The translations under genes and the position numbers were made by a program. A stretch of 64,000 bases of DNA, from NCBI GenBank assembly GCA_900088475.1, contig FLMG01001397.1:44158-108157 (forward strand), read 5' to 3'. Positions 61,501 to 64,000 of this stretch are shown here, piece after piece; position 1 is the stretch's first letter, and each line of letters opens with the position of its first letter. The notes below the pieces were generated by a model. The model ran no database searches and was not told the origin of the DNA. It worked only from the letters and a program-made list of their open reading frames with translations. Origin of the DNA: Hyphochytrium catenoides (lineage: Eukaryota > Protista > Hyphochytriomycota).

Positions 61501-63221
61501 TGTAGAGGTTCTGTGCACTGGCTGAGACCGCATTGCTGAAGACCTTGGAAAGCCGTTCCTGCTAAGCTTGTCTGGTTGTCATAGAAACCAGAAACATAAA
61601 GGGAGAAGGAACGGTAGCAGCCTGCAGAATCCCCAGTACAGTTCGTTAGCTGCTGAGGGCACGACTGCTGCAGACACTGAAGAACCTCCCCAGAAACCTC
61701 TTGGGGACGCTGAGGAAAATTGCAAAGATCATCAAAAGGAGAAACAGTTGGGACCATCCCAGAGAGGACCACTCCGCACACCACGTTGAAAGGATAGGGC
61801 AAATAGACCGGAGCGGGACTCTTCTTCTCGAGGACAGCCTGGTAAACCTCCATTGGAAAGGACGAAGCGAGCGCAGAGCGTAACATTCCTAACGTCGGAG
61901 ACCCTCCGGCAGATGTTGACTCGTTCCGAAGGACTAACTCCAGGGCTAGATAGTTCCGAAGAGCCTCAAGAGCCGCTGTTCTTCCTTCCTCATATTCACC
62001 GGGTCCCTCCTGCTGTTGTCCTGTCCCAGTAGTGGCCTCAGAACCACACGTGGTCCGCTGCATCAAACTGAGGAAGCTGGATCTAAAGTCTCCGTTAGGC
62101 GGCATTGCGTCTGGTCCCGCAGAAGAAAGGATCTCCGTCAAATGGAAGCTGCAGACAGGGAGATGGCAGGTGGCGTTTGCATCACGGAAAGGGCATGTGA
62201 GGCTCTCCTTAGAGACTCTGTTTGGTGAGCCTTTCTGAAGGAAGTAGCTGCATCCTTCCATCGAGCACTCAGCATTCTTCTCCGTCCGGTCGCATCCAGG
62301 GGTCCCAGGGGCGCAGCACCATTGAAACAGCTGCAAAGACGAAGAGTAAGTCAGGAAGTCTTGCCGGTGCCTTTCTGTGAGTTTCTCCTCTCTCTCTCTC
62401 TCTGTTAGTTCCAGCTCTCTCCACTCTCTTTCTCTCTCTCTTCTGGTATCTGCTGTGTCTCTGTGCTATTAGAACTCACCGCATCACGGCAGAGGTAAGA
62501 CTTCGGGTTGACAGCACAATGCGGATTATTGCAAGGATGAGCCTCAGGCAAGCTCAAGATGTCCAGGAAAGACATCGTCGGGCATTGGAAGAGCTTGTCT
62601 AGAGGGTGAGACCAAGATATGAAGAGATCAGCTCTTTGACTTCCATGGAAAGAGATAGAATCTAAGTGAAGAACAATGACGAGAAGGCAGAAGAATCTGG
62701 CAAAAATGGAGCGAAAGATGAGACGTTGGTACCTTTGCAGAAGGGAAGTGATCCGCACTGGTTGGCGCCCTTGCAGTCACGGCACGGGACATGCAGATCC
62801 TGGCACTGTGGGCTGTCTTTCAAGTCTGAAGCTAGGCATTCCATGTTCAGAGAGCATGCGTAGGTGATGCTCCAGGGAGAGAGGAAAGATGTGTCCGTGC
62901 ACATTGTGCTGCTGGAGCCTGGTAGGAGAGTTCACCAAAGTAAGCGTTTTTTTAAAGACAGACAGGTAAAAGAAAGACAGAAGGATAAGAGTGGAAGTCT
63001 GAGACATGGACGGGAGAGAATGGGAGGACAAGGGTCCTAGATGGAGGAAAGACAGGAATATAGGGAGAGAAGAGAGGACAAAGAGTATCGTCCTTGAAAG
63101 AGAGAGAGTACCTGCGACAGACGTACTACGTTCAGAAAGATGTCTGCGAGAGATTGCCTCTCTGTTGAGCCTCTCATTCTCCATGCTGGCCACCGTCTGA
63201 GTGCTGGCCAGCCTCCTACAC

Positions 63222-63278
<57 letters not shown>

Positions 63279-63741
63279 CAGCACAGCACCGGCACCCACA
63301 GAGAGAAAAGGGAGGGAGAGAATTAGCCCATGAGAGGACCGATCTTAACTGATGAAAGGATAATGGATGGCAAACGTAGTGAAAAAAGAGAGACATTAGA
63401 GAGAGAAATGTTCTGCGGCCAACTCTACACAGGAGAGTCTATTGAAGGTCTGACCTGTTCTCTTCCTCCTGCTGAGCAGCGGGCGAGGAAGAAGAGGAAA
63501 TGGACGGGGACTGAGGGAGAGACTCTCTGAGGGCCGCAAGCTCATTGTAGTCTCTAAGAAACACTCCGATCGGAAGATTTGGGGCAAGGTTAGCAGGGTT
63601 ATGCGGGTTATGCGCCGCACGAGAGAAGCTTCCGACGCTCAAGAAGCTTCCCATAAAAAGAAGAGCCACATAGAGAAGAGACATCGCGTTTCTTGAGCGT
63701 GCGGCGCGCCAGGAAGACGACGCCGAGCCTCTGCCGGCCAT
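52593..63741 (-). CDS. Giant cysteine-rich type-I membrane (surface) protein, ~3,498 aa
   Basis: Phase-consistent GT-AG exons 63741-63455, 63215-63112, 62918-62733, 62661-62480, 62330-52593 (10,497 nt). Hydrophobic signal segment MSLLYVALLFMGSFLSVGSFSRA (alternative ATG 63684). Then a very Cys-rich ectodomain, three EGF-like repeats (~53457-53767), a Pro/Thr stalk (~53190-53380), a TM helix VALYGAIGGAVAGLLLLIGVSYY (~52660-52731) and a short tail CCCRKRG... Confidence 0.88.
63226..63278. repeat. (GA)n microsatellite forming the polypyrimidine tract of intron 1 of the giant gene
   Basis: GA run on +, which reads (TC)n on the sense strand, lying just before the acceptor at 63216. Confidence 0.9.
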
Positions 63742-63796
63742 CGCTATGATTGGCACCGGGCGGCGGCGGAGGAGAGGAAGGAAGAGAAAGGCACAC

Positions 63797-63818
63797 ACTC
63801 TCTCTCTCTCTCTCTCTC
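63797..63818. repeat. (CT)n microsatellite ~56-77 nt upstream of the giant gene start
   Basis: Directly visible CT run. Confidence 0.9.
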
Positions 63819-64000
63819 TTCCAAGATTTGTGAAAAGCTGTGTGAGTTGAGAAAGTTAGATAGGCAAGAATGACCACAGAGAGAGAGAGACGGGGTGCGC
63901 CGCGGGAGGAGACGGGCCCGACGCGGCAAAAGCAGAAGTGACGGAACACAGGCCAAGGGACCAAGCATCTCTCTTCCTTCCTTGTCATCGGCCGTTTTCT

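Noticed and set aside
1-64000. tRNA, rRNA, CRISPR arrays, telomeric repeats, intact transposons or prokaryotic systems
   Set aside because: None seen by eye; no RT, integrase or transposase motifs in the ORF track. tRNAscan-SE and Infernal would be needed to exclude small RNAs firmly.

Overview
Eukaryotic nuclear DNA with GT-AG introns of about 55-450 nt, (AG)n microsatellites and one 24-N assembly gap. It is most likely from a flagellated stramenopile close to oomycetes/pseudofungi: POC1 is present, the PDR transporter is of the plant/oomycete type, and there is an exact oomycete INR+FPR core-promoter match. Ten protein-coding genes can be supported. In order: an intronless orphan 7TM protein running off the left edge (missed by the ORF track), GH116 glucosylceramidase (GBA2), a small LRR protein, a probably mitochondrial RCC1-repeat protein, POC1, a CS-domain protein, TRRAP/Tra1, a full-size ABCG/PDR transporter, an MFS sugar porter, and a ~3,498-aa cysteine-rich type-I surface protein. 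The left part (5.5-36.5 kb) is compact and intron-rich housekeeping DNA. The right part (37-64 kb) holds membrane/surface genes with almost no coding introns and a 9-kb non-coding spacer. The best candidate for something undescribed is the giant surface protein: it has a duplicated Cys-helical module, YC..DPGC repeats, EGF repeats, a mucin stalk and five RRL-type basic motifs between modules, which suggests a processed polyprotein. All exon models were read by eye from the sequence; no database search was run.
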